A stretch of 64,000 nt of DNA from Vicugna vicugna (taxonomy: Eukaryota): positions 2,790,001-2,854,000 of the forward strand of contig MU058221.1 in NCBI GenBank assembly GCA_013265495.1. The letters are read 5' to 3'. A model generated the notes under the pieces. The model saw only the letters and a program-made list of their open reading frames with translations, searched no databases and had not been told where the DNA came from. This document shows, piece by piece, positions 51,701-64,000 of this stretch (position 1 is its first letter; every line of letters begins with the position of its first letter). The translations under genes and the position numbers were made by a program.

Positions 51701-54700
51701 AGAAAGAGTCCAGGTTTCCCCAGCTGTTGACTTTCCGTTTGTTGCCAATGCTCCCATCACTACATCCCCCACTCAAACACTACCCCAGCCCTGAATATGG
51801 ATAGCACAGCCCCATTAAAAGACTTCTTATATGTGAAACCCTAGGTTATTCCCATGAAAAGATCCTGCCAGTGTCTAAAATGGATTCTGCCCATTTTAGC
51901 CTTCTCGGGAGTCATTAGCACCATGAACTCTGACTTGAGAAAATTAGAGTAAAATCTCCTAGACCCAAGTGAGACTGGGCTGCCTCTGCCAGGCATTTCT
52001 AAGCTTCTTGTGGTCATCACTCCTCGGTTTTTATATTTCAAAAATCACCTTCCAATGGATTTGGTTTATTTATTCCACTTACCTTAGCTGGTAGTCCCAT
52101 GACATCTGCATTATTTTTAATGCAAGGACAGAGCATACTTGGGGCTGCCACGCGCCGCCATTTATGGTTCATTATTTTGAGGTCATATATAACCAGCTTT
52201 TTTGAAAATAGAGTCACTTCCAGGTTATATTTCGATCTCTACACGCATATTTTAAATGGATTAATGTAGAGCACAGTGAAATTCTAATTTTCTTCTGTAA
52301 TTCTATGCCCGTCCCTCACAAATTAGCATCCCAAGATATTTGCTATGTCACATGCGGTTAATCCCAGGAATTTCTCTCCACCTCCTTCACGTTACTTTGC
52401 ATTTTTGACAATGTTATGTTTATAGGGGGCGGTATGTGTGTGTCTTTACAGTCAGCTTTTAATTCTAAACTGCATTTGCTTTACTGCTGGTTGGCCCCAG
52501 TTCACCGTTATTATCAAGGGTGAAGGATTGTTAATTACTTAACAGAAACAGAAAGTGGCCTTGGCTGTCAAGGGAATGGCTAGGATTTTTTCTAATGATG
52601 TTATGTCTTAGGTTATTGAAAGAACACTGATTTTGATTTTGGAAGTATGATGCTGAGAAAAATTTTAGTGGATTTATTGAACTTTTTGACCTGCAGGAGG
52701 AAGATGGATTTAGTATTCCATTCCTCGTTCGATTATCCCTCTCTGTAGAAAACACTAAATAAGGACTATGAAGGGATGAAGAAATCAGACAGAACTGACA
52801 TAAATTGTATAATTGTAGTATGCACAACACTGCTCATGAAGCAACTGGAAAGGCCAATATAAACACAACATGTGGTTTCTTACACCTAGCTCCCTGAATT
52901 TTGCTCCCGTAATTTCAACCCTCCCTTTGGTAACTCATTCTGCCTACAGGTAACACACACACTTCACACTCAGTGTGTCCAAAGTTACCATTTTATTTCT
53001 TATTCTTATTTCTATCATCTGGAGTAAGAACATCGATTTGTACCCAGTTGTACCAGCTCGGAATTTCAGAACTGTGCTTCTTCATTGCTCTTAACCATCC
53101 AGGCACCAACTTTCTCTTTAATCCATTAAAGTGAGTTTGGATAAGAGGTCCACCGTGCAGGTTTATTGTCCTGTCCTGTCCTTAACTAAGTCAAGAGAGA
53201 TTCCCCGGGTCGCTCTGTTCCTTTAGTGCCTCACATCCCCCTAAGGTGCTTATCACAGAGTGTGGAAGCTTTTGGCTTAATGTTTGTGTAACCCAGCAGG
53301 ACCCTGTTGTCATCGGTGACCATCTGATATCGGCAATGAAGTCTGTAGCTCCTTAACTGTATCGTGGGTTAGAGGGTCTTTTTCTATGCTGCTGCTGACC
53401 AGGGTTAGGCTGGGGAGGAGGGAGGCTTGGTGGTCCGCCCAGCCCCCTTGTGGTGCTGGTGCTGTGTGCAGGGATCATGCTCAGTGCCCTGCTCCTGACC
53501 CCAGTGCCCTCCTCTTAACCCTGTGTGGTTCCCTTTTATCCTGTTGTTCCAGGTACAGGCCTCAGTCGGCCACAGGATGTCCCAGGCCTCTGCCTGCTTA
53601 AGAGGCTAAAAGCATTTATCAACCTGACTTTAAACTGAGCACATTTTCCTCTAGAGCTCTTTTCCATGGAACCCCTTCCTACACATCTGTTGTTCTAGGT
53701 ACGAGAACATTAAGAGAGTCTCAAAGCTGGAGGTGAACTTCATACCCAGCAGGGGGAAGGGGACCCCTGAATCTGCAAAAACAAGAACAGCTTTGTAGCA
53801 ATCTGTTACCCCATAAGGGATCTCTATGGAAACCAAGTCTGCCCCTTGAACTCTTGAACTTTTGCCATAAAACCCCCTGCCTTCTCTCCCCAGCAGCCTC
53901 GCATCTTAGAGTCATTAGCCCACTGTGACCTCCTTGGACTGGCAAATACATGAAGCTGCCTTTTCTACTTTATCCAGAACTCTGTCCTTGAGTCTCAATT
54001 CAGTAAGCAGCGTACAGAAGCCATGTTTTGGCAACGTTTGTATACCCAACACTTGAGCACAGTGGTTGGCATGGAACAGATACACAACAGGTCTGAAGAA
54101 ATACTTGGATATGTAAAGGTGTAAGTAAAAGGATGGAGGGACGGACTGCAGGGTAAAGAGCAAACACTAACTCAGCATCTCAAGAAATGTAGTTGCTCTT
54201 TCATTTGAAAAAGTGCGATTTGAGTCATGCTGTCACGTTTGTGTCATTTTCTGTTTCTACTGAAACTGAACACGTCCAGCAGTGTAAACCCCCTGTTAAT
54301 GAAATCGCATGAAACTTAACGACGTGGGGTTGCAGACATCTTCAGATGATCAGGTCACATTCAAGAGTCATTTCAAGCACTTTTCACAGGTGCCTCTGGC
54401 TTTGACGTCAGGAGGTCGTCGGGACAATGATCGATCAATGGAAGAATCACAATCCAAGGGTCTTCCCCCTGGTATTTCTCCCCATTCAAAACGCAGAATG
54501 AGGAAGGTGCAGGGGAAGAGAAATCTGTCTTTTAGAAGCTGAGTGAGGTTGAGAAGAATAGAGTGGTAATGGAGGCAGGAAAAAAAAAAAGTGCCAGAAA
54601 AACCCTGTGGAAAAGGCTGTCAACCAGCTCTCCCGCCCTTCTTCGCTGTTCATGGACTGTAATAGAACAAGATGTGAGGCAACATCTGTTGCCTTTTTAA

Positions 54701-54869
54701 AATAGCACGTTGATATTTTAAAAAGAATAATGACAGAATGAGGAGAAGCCTAATGTCCATGGCTGGGGACGGCAGACCCCTATGGCACAGAACGGAGTTA
54801 GTCCAGCGCGGCCTGAGCAGTCTGGGGGCTGTGGGTCCGGCTGCCACGCGCGGCTCTGGGAGGCGGCTG

Positions 54870-55110
54870 GGAGCAAGGGCTGGAGCGCGGGCTCTGGAGC
54901 TGGGCTTCCCGGGTGTAAATCTCGGCTTCGTGACTTGCTGGCGGCGTGCTGCAGGGCAAGCCGTGTGGCTTCTCCCAGTCCCAGCTGAACGTGGTAGTAT
55001 TCCCGGTCTCGGGGTGGTTGTGAGATAGATGAGAGAAAGGAAACTTGAGAAGCCGGTCCAGAGACTGGCTCGTGGTCGCACCTGCTAAGTGTAGGGTGTT
55101 ATTATTATTT
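54870..55110 (+). mobile_element. MIR SINE
   Basis: gagcgcgggctctggagc..ccgggtgtaaatctcggcttcgtgacttgctggc...gggtggttgtgagat...ttattattatt. Confidence 0.65.
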
Positions 55111-57140
55111 TTATTTACTTGTTTACTTTTTAAGGAGTCACTTCTCTTAGACCAGATGTAGGAACTTGATGGGACATCCAATAGGAGAATGGCCCTCAAG
55201 CAGAAAAAGACGCGGGTCTCTTTCTGTGAATAAGTCTGGTCGTCCAGCTTGAGGAACGGCTGCGGCGTGGCCCTTCTTTGAGACGCAAGAAGCCAGCAAG
55301 ACCAGCCCAGATCAAGACTTAGAACTCTAATCAGAGCCGCCAAGCCCTGCCCAAGGGTAGAGTCAGTCGTCACAGCTGTATATTGAATGTGCTTCCGAGA
55401 ACTGAGCAAGTGCAAGGAAAGTCCGCAGGGATCAGATCCCAGGCAAGGCTGCCAGCCATGTGGATCCAAACCAGGAGACGAGCAGAAGCCAGGAAGGGTC
55501 ACGAGGCAGGAGCACACCCGGCAGATCTAGGTGGGGGGACTTCAAGCTCTGAGGCTGAGGCCGAACATCCCAGATCACGTGAGCTGGAGGCTGTCACTAA
55601 GCTTGGTCGTGGTGCCCCTAGGATGCCCAGACAGGGTCAACGACTGAGACAGGTGCATTCTGAATGGTGGGCCGCCCCTGGAAACAAGACCCCAGAGATG
55701 AAGGGCTGCTTCAGAGAAGCAGTGCAGCGTGGTGGTTCCGATGACGGACTGGGAGAGAGACAGTCCCGGTCCTAAATCCTGCCTGGCCAATTCCTGCAGC
55801 AATAATTTGTTTTATCTCGCTACGCTCCCACTTCCTCATCTGTACAATGGAGGCAACAGTTTCTACTTCAAGGACTTTTGAAACTGAAATCATGCAATTT
55901 AATTAAAACGGCTAAAGCAATGCCAAGCACCTAATAAGTGCTTAATTAATGTTGGCTGTTAGTATTAGAAATTCATTTACACGCACTCACTGGTATGTCT
56001 TGTTTCAGAGCGCCATAATCACAGTGTACATCGCAGAGTAGAAGGCAGTTATGTGAAATGACTTCCCCTAAAACTTTCCGCTGAAAAACCTTCTTGCCGT
56101 GTAGCTTTTCTCTTTTTAATGTATTTTCTTTAGGAAGTGAATTTTTAGCAAAATGTGCCACTTGGAAACCAGGTCTGAGTGCTATTTTGGACAAGTGTAA
56201 AGGAGACCCGTTTTTAAATCAAACAAATTATGATTGGGTTGGAGATGATCTGAATCATTACAGCGGGTGTAGGGCAAAGGGCAAAATTTATCTTTGAGGG
56301 AACTCAAGTTTTAACAGAAAGTCACATTTTGTATTCATTTTAGACTGGCCTTCTTGCCTGGGAGTATATTCGCTCAGGCTTAGCTGGCCCTAACGCCTCC
56401 GCCCTTCCCCATAAATTCCGCATCCGCCCTACTAGGTGCCTTGAACTAAATCATTGGCTTCAGACTTCAGAGCTGTCTCATTCTTAACCAATGTGTTAGG
56501 TTTATTCACAGGATCCTGCTTCGGGCTGGGAGAGCCAAGGGGTTCTGGGGACGAGACAGGCTGTCATATTTTTGCAACAGAATTAGACACCATCTACCTG
56601 AAAATGGAATCAGTGGTAAAAATCTCCAAATTACTGTGATCTTTCTCTTGGGACCCACTGAATTCTCCCAAGATTTGTTTTTGGGGAACTGTTTAATAAT
56701 ACACTAGATGTATCTTGTCCTATTTAATTTCTACTAATTCTGTTGCCCCAAAGCAGATCAAGAGAACTGTCTCTGATATAATAACATTCTGCCCCCTCTT
56801 TGCCGATAGCACACAATGGAAGACTAACTCTGTGAAAGATTATTACTCATGTTTTGAAACCTGACAGACTTTAACAGGGAACTGTTGATTGGCCAAGATG
56901 CAGGGTACCTAACTCCTACGGAAACCATGACGGATACCCTTATTGTCCCCAGATTTTGCTCTTTTATATCTCTTTCCTCCATTGCTTATACTTCTACCTG
57001 GGGGGGATAATTGGAAAGACAAAGAAATAAGTGGAATTCAGTCAGATATCTGGCTACAATGTTACCAAATTTGTGGATGGTGAAGTCCTCAAATCACTGG
57101 ATGACGTAAGCCTTCAGACGGTCTTTGGGTTTCACTGATC

Positions 57141-57294
57141 CAGTGGTGCTCAGCCTTTGGCATGCATCACAACCCCCGGGGTTGCAAGTTTTTGACTGAG
57201 AAATGTGGGGGCTCGTCCTGAGAGACTGCGTTTCCCACGGGTTCCCAGGCAGGGCCGATGATGCTGGTTCAGAGCACGTACTGTGAGAATCACT
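57141..57294 (+). mobile_element. MER5A-like hAT-Charlie relic
   Basis: cagtggtgctcagcctttggcatgcatcacaacccc...gttcccaggcagggccgatgatgctggttcagagcacgtactgtgagaatcact, with inverted ends cagtggt / atcact. Confidence 0.6.
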
Positions 57295-59547
57295 CTACTA
57301 ACCTGTGCTTGGCTTCCCTTCTGTTAACGCGAATAATCTGGAATTTGCTTGTCCTTAGCTGGCTTCAGAGATCTGTGCTCTATAAAGTAAGCATTGTGGG
57401 GTGAAGAGTTATTTTGGTGTCCGTACACTTCGTTGAGTGTAGTAGGGTTGGTCAAGTAAGTAGTGACTCTATCCACTTGGCTGATTGAATGGGCAGAGCA
57501 GTCAGTATGTATTTGCTGAGTCACGGCCCTTTTCTGCAAACCTCTGCTTCTCTGTATCATTGTGGAGTCAATGGCATACTGACCTTTAATCTATTCGTGT
57601 GTGTGCGTGTGTGTGTGGTAAAGCCTCAGTTTTATGGGATTGCAAGAAATTCATACATAGAAAACTTCTTCCCCCATTGTTTTCTCCAATGATATGATTT
57701 TATGAGCCTTTCTGGTGGCAGAAGAATGGAGTTCATTTGTTGTAGAATTTTTTTTTAAAACTCAGAATAATGTTTATTGAGCTTTGTTAAGGGTATGGAA
57801 CAGGGAAGAGCCAGGACAGCATCACAGAAGAGGTACACAGTTGTAACTTCTGCTGTCCCCTCTGCTCACTGTTTGGAACATGTTTTGGTCACAAGAAATG
57901 ACAAGAAGTTATTTCACTTAAATAGTCACTTAAATGCTAAGTGAATTAATTTAACTAAATTAAACTGCATGTATTAAATTAAATTTAACTTAAATTAAAT
58001 GTGAAGTGAAACATTTCCCTTAAGTATTTGCTTTAAGTGAATGCAGGGCACATCACATCGGGGAGTCACAGTGTTGGGGTCCCCGGGCGGGAGCACTTTG
58101 TTAGTTACCTCCCACCCAGAAGGCTGTGTACCTCACTCCCGCTCCACCACGCAGCTACAGCCCATCAATCACAAGGTCCACAGCAGTCTCCCAGCAACTG
58201 GGAGCGACATTACTTAGGGACATCCTTGGAGCCCTTATTTAACCACAATGGGTACATGTCCTCAGTTGCTGTTGCAAGTTTGATGACCAGACGGTGCTCA
58301 AGTGTCCCCGAGGCAGGAGTCAGATGTGCCGTCCGGCTGTTAATTCTTTGCTTGCACCAGCTGGAATCCTGGCTGCAAGGGAGTCTGGAAAATGAAGTTT
58401 TGAACTTTTTCCCAGCTTTTGTGGCCCAGGAAGAAGTTCAAAACAGATAGTGAATGGGTCTGGTAGACGGTCTGTACCACACTGTCTAACCGGTTAAAAC
58501 CTGAGAAGAGGTAACTTCAAAAATCCCTGGCCTTCGAGTCTGGAGATGAACTTTGAAACCTTCTCCGCTCCAAGTTGTGACTTGTCACAGCGATTCTAAA
58601 GCCATTCTACCCAACAGGGTGACAGGTGGTACAGTGGTAGCGTCTTTAGGCACTCCATCACGTAAGCTGCGCAAACCTGGGAAAATTACTGGACTTCTGC
58701 ATGCACCAAACCTCTCGCCATGTCCTGGCGATGACGGCGATACCTGCTTCCCAAGGTGGTTGGGAGACTTCAGTGGGGAAACGAAGTTCTTAAAATCACA
58801 TCTGGCACCTCCGCAAGAAATCAGTATTTCATTAGCACGTGAATGGGGGGCTCTCACTGAAGGCTTTCTGGCTACACAGGCCACACCCAATGTGGATATT
58901 TTTATAGGATTTTATACTTATTTTATATTTATATTTATATTTAAGACCTGGGGATAGTCAGACAGATACCCCCGCATGATACAAGTAAAAGCCGTGCACG
59001 CATGGAAAGGGGTTCCTTTCCTTAGCTGCCTGCGTCTCTAACCAGTCCTGAGCTCAGGATGGAAAAATAGCCTGTAAATACTTCCACTGGGAAGACGCTT
59101 CCACGGGGAAGGCCATAAAATTGAGACGTAATCCCTTATAGCTTTTTATTCTTCAGTGCCTGCCAAATGCTTTTCAGACATCTGAGTCATTGTCTTCATT
59201 AGCAGTCAGCCTAATGAAATAACAGGAGATGCTCCACTTGGAGAAGGTTTGTTCTGCAGGAATTCTTCCAGGCCAGAAAGAGGGTTTTGTCTTTAGAGGT
59301 ACTGGGATTTTAGAAAGCTGTGTATCGTGCAGGATCCTTTTTTTCTTTTTTCATCTTGGGATTAGGGATAGAAGACAGGTGGCCGCTTGTAACCTATTCA
59401 CCTCCTCCAGTAATAATTTGCTCTTCTTTTGGCAACGCTGTATACTTGTGCAAACACAACATCGTTTTAACTGCGAAATTGCACCTCCGTCTTACGAATG
59501 TCCCACCGTGACTAATCCAGGGGTATCTCGCTCTCCTTCCACTCTAG

Positions 59548-59835
59548 CTGGACAGTGCCACGTCGCTCATCCAGGCAGCTAAAAACCTGATGAATGCTGT
59601 TGTCCTCACGGTCAAAGCATCCTATGTGGCCTCAACAAAATACCAGAAGGTCTATGGGACAGCGGCTGTCAACTCACCCGTCGTGTCTTGGAAGATGAAG
59701 GCTCCGGAGAAGAAGCCCCTTGTCAAGAGAGAAAAGCCTGAAGAATTCCAGACGCGAGTCCGACGAGGTTCTCAGAAGAAACACATCTCGCCTGTACAGG
59801 CTTTAAGTGAATTCAAAGCAATGGATTCCTTCTAG
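59548..59835 (+). CDS. CTNNA2: CTNNA2 terminal coding exon
   Basis: ctccttccactctag|CTG GAC AGT. Translates LDSATSLIQAAKNLMNAVVLTVKASYVASTKYQKVYGTAAVNSPVVSWKMKAPEKKPLVKREKPEEFQTRVRRGSQKKHISPVQALSEFKAMDSF*. TAG at 59833-59835. Confidence 0.97.
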   Translation: MDSATSLIQAAKNLMNAVVLTVKASYVASTKYQKVYGTAAVNSPVVSWKMKAPEKKPLVKREKPEEFQTRVRRGSQKKHISPVQALSEFKAMDSF

Positions 59836-60770
59836 GACGACAGGCTTTAGCAAGAAAGCGTTTTCTTTCTTTCTTTCTTTCCTTTTCTTTTCTTTTCTTT
59901 CTAATTCCAGTTTTGTATGCGTGCCTGCTGACTCGTATGCCTCTGGCGTTGGGGAATTAAGGAAGCAGTGTCTGTTTGCACGTCAGATCAGATGTGATCA
60001 ACACCACGGATCCAGCTGTAGCCTGGGGAGGGGACAGGGAATTCCTGTCCCGAGGTGGCACCGAGTTGTCCTTGGCAACATTCTCATAAAATTGGGCAAA
60101 GTGTTTGCATTGCAGTGTTTACCGGGAGCGGGGGGGATGGGGGAAAAATAAACTTAACTCTACAAAAGCAAACTCTAATGCATGCAAGAATCATTAGGTT
60201 GGCAGGTATATTAATCAGTGAAATATCTGGAAGTGTCACGGTAGAGCATAAAGCTTGTATTGCTTCTGTTCCAGTGTGAAAAATGTCTTAGCCAATACGC
60301 TGAAGTGTGTGGCCCACAAACTGAACACTTTACCTTTGGCATCATATCCATGCAATGATGTGGATTTTTGGGTTTTTTTTTTTTACTAAGGGGAAACTGA
60401 CTCGTCCAGCCTAAAATGCTTCTTCGAATCTGTGTTCTGTTCTTTTCTCTCCTAGTTGTGCCATGACCTGTGCTTATGTTATCAATTCCCCCCCCCCTTT
60501 CCTGAAAATAATAAACGTTTTTTTACAAGAATTATAATCCTTCTGGGGGCACTGGACATACAATGTGGCGGTCATCCTACTTTTACTTAAAGAAAAAATT
60601 GAACTATGATTTTGCTAGAAATAGGAGGCCCAGTGGTGGAATGTTAGAGGAGTGGAAACCGACCACGTGTGAGGGTTTAGAGGCAGATACATAGGTGTAG
60701 CTTGGAGTGCTGGTATCTGATATGCCACTGTATCCACTAACTCAAAATAAACACATTTAATCTTGACACC
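59836..60770 (+). other. CTNNA2: CTNNA2 3' UTR (3' end approximate)
   Basis: Follows the stop codon. AATAAA at 60147, 60510 and 60746; the last is followed by a U-rich tract near 60778-60792. Confidence 0.7.
60746..60751 (+). terminator. Likely main polyadenylation signal
   Basis: AATAAA with TGTA at 60729-60732 upstream and tgttctctttcttt about 30 nt downstream. Confidence 0.6.
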
Positions 60771-61959
60771 GGAAGAATGTTCTCTTTCTTTGAATGCGTA
60801 CTTAAGATTAGAGCACCTCCTTGAAAACTGGTTAAAAATACTTTGTGTTTATTTTCAGAAGTCGGGGGTAAAGTAGGTAGGTGATATATAAAGAAAGCTC
60901 TGGGTCATCTTTATAGTCCGGGAATTGCTTTTTTGGTGTGTTTTTCCCATGTGTTTTTATTCACTTTTAAACTGAATCTAAAATGAGAAAGTCATGTGTT
61001 AGAAGTTTCTGGGCCAAACTTAAGAAACGTCGTGGGTTCTTAGAGAGAAACTGAATCAAAAACAATTTTTAGAGAGGCCCGTTCATTTCAAAATATGTTA
61101 TTCGTTTCAAAATATTTTTTCTCTAAACTGTAGAAAGAGGGACTCTATCCTATTGTTAAGAAAGAGCGGGTGTAGACTTTTAGCTGTAGCTTGAAGAGTG
61201 AGGGAAAAAAAATATTCATTTGAGTGCTTCAAACTCCTCCCAGAATGATCCCCACAAGTTAGCAAATGAAAGGATGCGTCCAGAAGATGCCTGATAGAAC
61301 GTGTGCATTCGTTAGCAGTGTGATAACATAGGGGGACGCAGACACCTATGCTTTGTGTTAGTTCAGGTGCGAAGTCCCAAAGAGAAGAGACTTAGATGTG
61401 GAAGAAGAGGCTCTTAGTCCAGAGTCTTATTTAGATGCAGTTCTGCTCGAACCTCTGCTACTACCACGAGGTGATGGAAACACTGCCCAGGCTGGGAATG
61501 ACTTGTTTATGGAGGAGCCACCATCAAAGCTGCAGAGCGGTTTGCAACGGTAATCATGAAGCCACTACTTCAGCTAGCCCGCTCCCCTAATTCGCGTCAA
61601 CACCATTGACATTGATTCACAACTGTTTATGGGCTGTGTTCTCTCAGCCAGGTCCTGAGTTGAGCACATCACTCTGTGAGCTTATTGGCAACTTTCTCTT
61701 GTTAACATCTGAGTGTGGGTTTATGCATTAATTCTATGATTTAATGGGTTGAAAGCAGTATTCTTCAGACTAGCCAAGAAACTTTTAAAATTCCAGAGCT
61801 TCTTGGCAGATCCTGAAAAATAGTCAGCGGGCATCAGGGGAGCATCTAGACTGTGCCATTGACTTGGCCCTTAAATTTGAGTTAAATGTTTTAATACATG
61901 GCATCTGAGCTATATGTTATGTGTGTGGCTTCTGAAAAATCAGTCCTGGATTTTGCCAA

Positions 61960-62710
61960 AGCTTATTGAGCAAACATCATCCCTATCCATCATTTCTCTT
62001 GTGCTCAAGAAGAATAATAACTACCCAGAAAGATAATTAAATACAAACACTGTGCTGTGAGCACTACAGCAATAAACAGCTTATGGTTTGCTCACTGTCC
62101 TCGAGAAACCTACAGTCTGGTTGGGAACATATGATATAGACGGGAAGCTAGATAAGCAAGGCAAGAACTCATACTCAGTATGCCAAGTGAACAAGGTAAG
62201 GAAATGACCACGGGGTAGGACAAAGGGAGTCAGAACACACTAGGGACTAAAGTATTTGGGAAGGATTAATGGAAGAGAGAAGATTTGGAATGAGTAGGCA
62301 ATAATTACACATACTCCACATGAACGAAAGATATGAATGAGTAAATCTGGTGAGGGGATTGCTGGGGTGAGCATTCAAGGGAGAAAGAACAGCATAGTTA
62401 AAGGTCTGAAAACGAGGACAGTCACAGGGAGCGTGGGATTCATGATGTGGATTACAGGGAAATAAATGTGGAGATGGAGTATAAGGGTGAACTACGGAGG
62501 GTCATGAAGGAATATGACCATTGTCCAGTAGGAGCTGTGGAGTTTTGAAGTGGAATGGTGACACAAACAAAGCAGCAGCTTCATAAGATGAAACTGATAA
62601 TGTGGAAGAGGTAAGAGCTGAACGGGGCTGATGTTGGTTAGAAGGGGCACGTGAAATAGAAATGTAAGAAGGAATTGCAGTTACTTTTTGAGTACTAGAT
62701 GAGGAGTAAG
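61960..62710 (-). mobile_element. L2 LINE fragment downstream of the gene
   Basis: cactgtgctgtgagcact...cactgtcctcgagaaacctacagtctggttggga...gcattcaagggagaaagaacagcatagttaaagg: antisense L2-like. Confidence 0.55.
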
Positions 62711-63494
62711 AATGATTAAAGTATATATAACTTATTCAGGGAGACTAATGAGTCAGAAAACTGAAAAATAGCTACAAAGCAGTATATGAACGTGGGCTGG
62801 AACAAACTGAATATATGGTATATTGGAGAAGACAGAGAATTGGTTATTAATCCCAAGCAAATGCAGTTACATGGGGTATTTCCTACAAAAGTAGCACCCT
62901 GGGATAAAGGAGAATGAATACTCCTGATGGGTGGAAATTAAATAAATCTCAATTCCTTTGACTCTCTGTGCTAGGATGGATGGTTCAAAAGATAAAATCC
63001 TTGTATTCGTCTAAGGACCTAAATTAGCCTCATGAACATAGATTTATCTTCAGAAGATCTGTGGGTTTTTTCTCCATTAAGTGTTGATCAATAAGCAATC
63101 AACTTTGATTTTAGAAGTCAACTTTTTTAACCAGCTGGGTCATGGTTTTAGCTTGTGGAGAAATACGCCATGTAAGTGTCATCGTGAGGGCATGATCATT
63201 TCTGAGTATCAGTTATATGCAGGGCAACTTTCAGACACTTGAGGTGTAAAGATTTATAAAATACTGCATACAGCTGAATCATCAAGCAAAATAAGCATCT
63301 GAAACATTCTGATTTGATAAATTTCAGTCACTAAATTTGCCAGTAGTAAAGTCATTTGATCTCTATCACTGCCTCTTAACCAAACCAAAGAGGTGAGTAC
63401 TTATTCTTCACTTGAAGACTGGAATTTTTTAAGTTAATTAAAGGCAGTGAATTAACTATAGAAGGTTAATAATAATAATAAAATTATAGTGCTG

Positions 63495-64000
63495 AGATGT
63501 GCCAACAGAAAGTGACAGATGAGGAGGCACCAGGCCCTTGTTCATCCATGGAAACACAAACAACAAAACACTGACTGAAGGAGCTTCGTGGGAACTCTAG
63601 ACACCAGTTACAGATTTGTAGTAGCCATACAAATGTTGAACCAAGAAAAAGCCACACTCATTATGGAAGAAAATTTGCGGGTGTTTTTGTTCCCCATATC
63701 TTGCCTCTTCCCTAGCACAGCATGGTCTGGAGGAAGGGTCCAACCCCTGGTTCCTCCAATGCAAATGAAAGAAAAGAGTCAAGATTGTTGGCATTGTTGT
63801 GCCCTGTCTGGGGCTTCCTAAAGGATGGATTTCTGTTTTGCTTAATAAGAAGCTGTGATGGAAATGGTAGCGTTGTTTGGATGTCAAACTGGAGGCCACT
63901 GAAAGCACTGGCAGGCACCATGGCACCTAAGAGCTATAGAGGGGCTGCAAATCTCTGAGCTCCTGGAGGCAAGAAATTGTGGGCAGAGGAATACAATGGA
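63495..64000 (+). mobile_element. Probable old L1 (L1M) 5' region running off the window
   Basis: gggaactctagacaccagttacagatttgtagtagccatacaaatgttgaaccaagaaaaagcc resembles recalled L1M 5'-end consensus. No coding motif confirms it. Confidence 0.35.

Noticed and set aside
54798..55517. Longest ORF in the track (239 aa, minus strand)
   Set aside because: No recognisable domain, non-ATG start, and it overlaps a MIR and GC-rich repeat-like sequence. It is best explained as chance.
59519..59547. In-frame upstream AG 27 nt before the last-exon acceptor
   Set aside because: It is only a few nt from the branch motif, has no pyrimidine tract of its own, and would read into an immediate TAG stop.
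1..64000. CRISPR arrays, operons or other prokaryotic or viral systems
   Set aside because: The sequence is a spliced mammalian gene with mammalian repeats. I saw no repeat-spacer array and no long intact ORF.

Overview
Mammalian genomic DNA, probably camelid (inferred from three short tRNA-Ala-like SINEs). The window holds the 3' end of CTNNA2 (alpha-N-catenin) on the + strand. Coding exons are 8791-8972 (with an identical upstream copy at 8336-8517), 18498-18603, 22108-22242, the 144-nt alternative exon 32821-32964 and the terminal exon 59548-59835. The 3' UTR has three AATAAA signals and probably ends near 60770. The rest is intronic or downstream DNA with L1, L2, MIR, SINE and DNA-transposon relics. 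There are also fossils of three ancient LINE clades (RTE, R4/Dong, CR1), recognised from hand-translated degenerate protein motifs. The most unusual feature is a 385-bp duplication of one CTNNA2 exon whose first copy ends in a different splice donor that looks paralog-derived (CTNNA1-like). A second perfect 367-bp tandem duplication in an L1 suggests both may be assembly artefacts. I found no convincing new biological system, and almost all ORF-track entries are noise. Repeat family names come from recalled consensus sequences, not a database search, and repeat boundaries are approximate.
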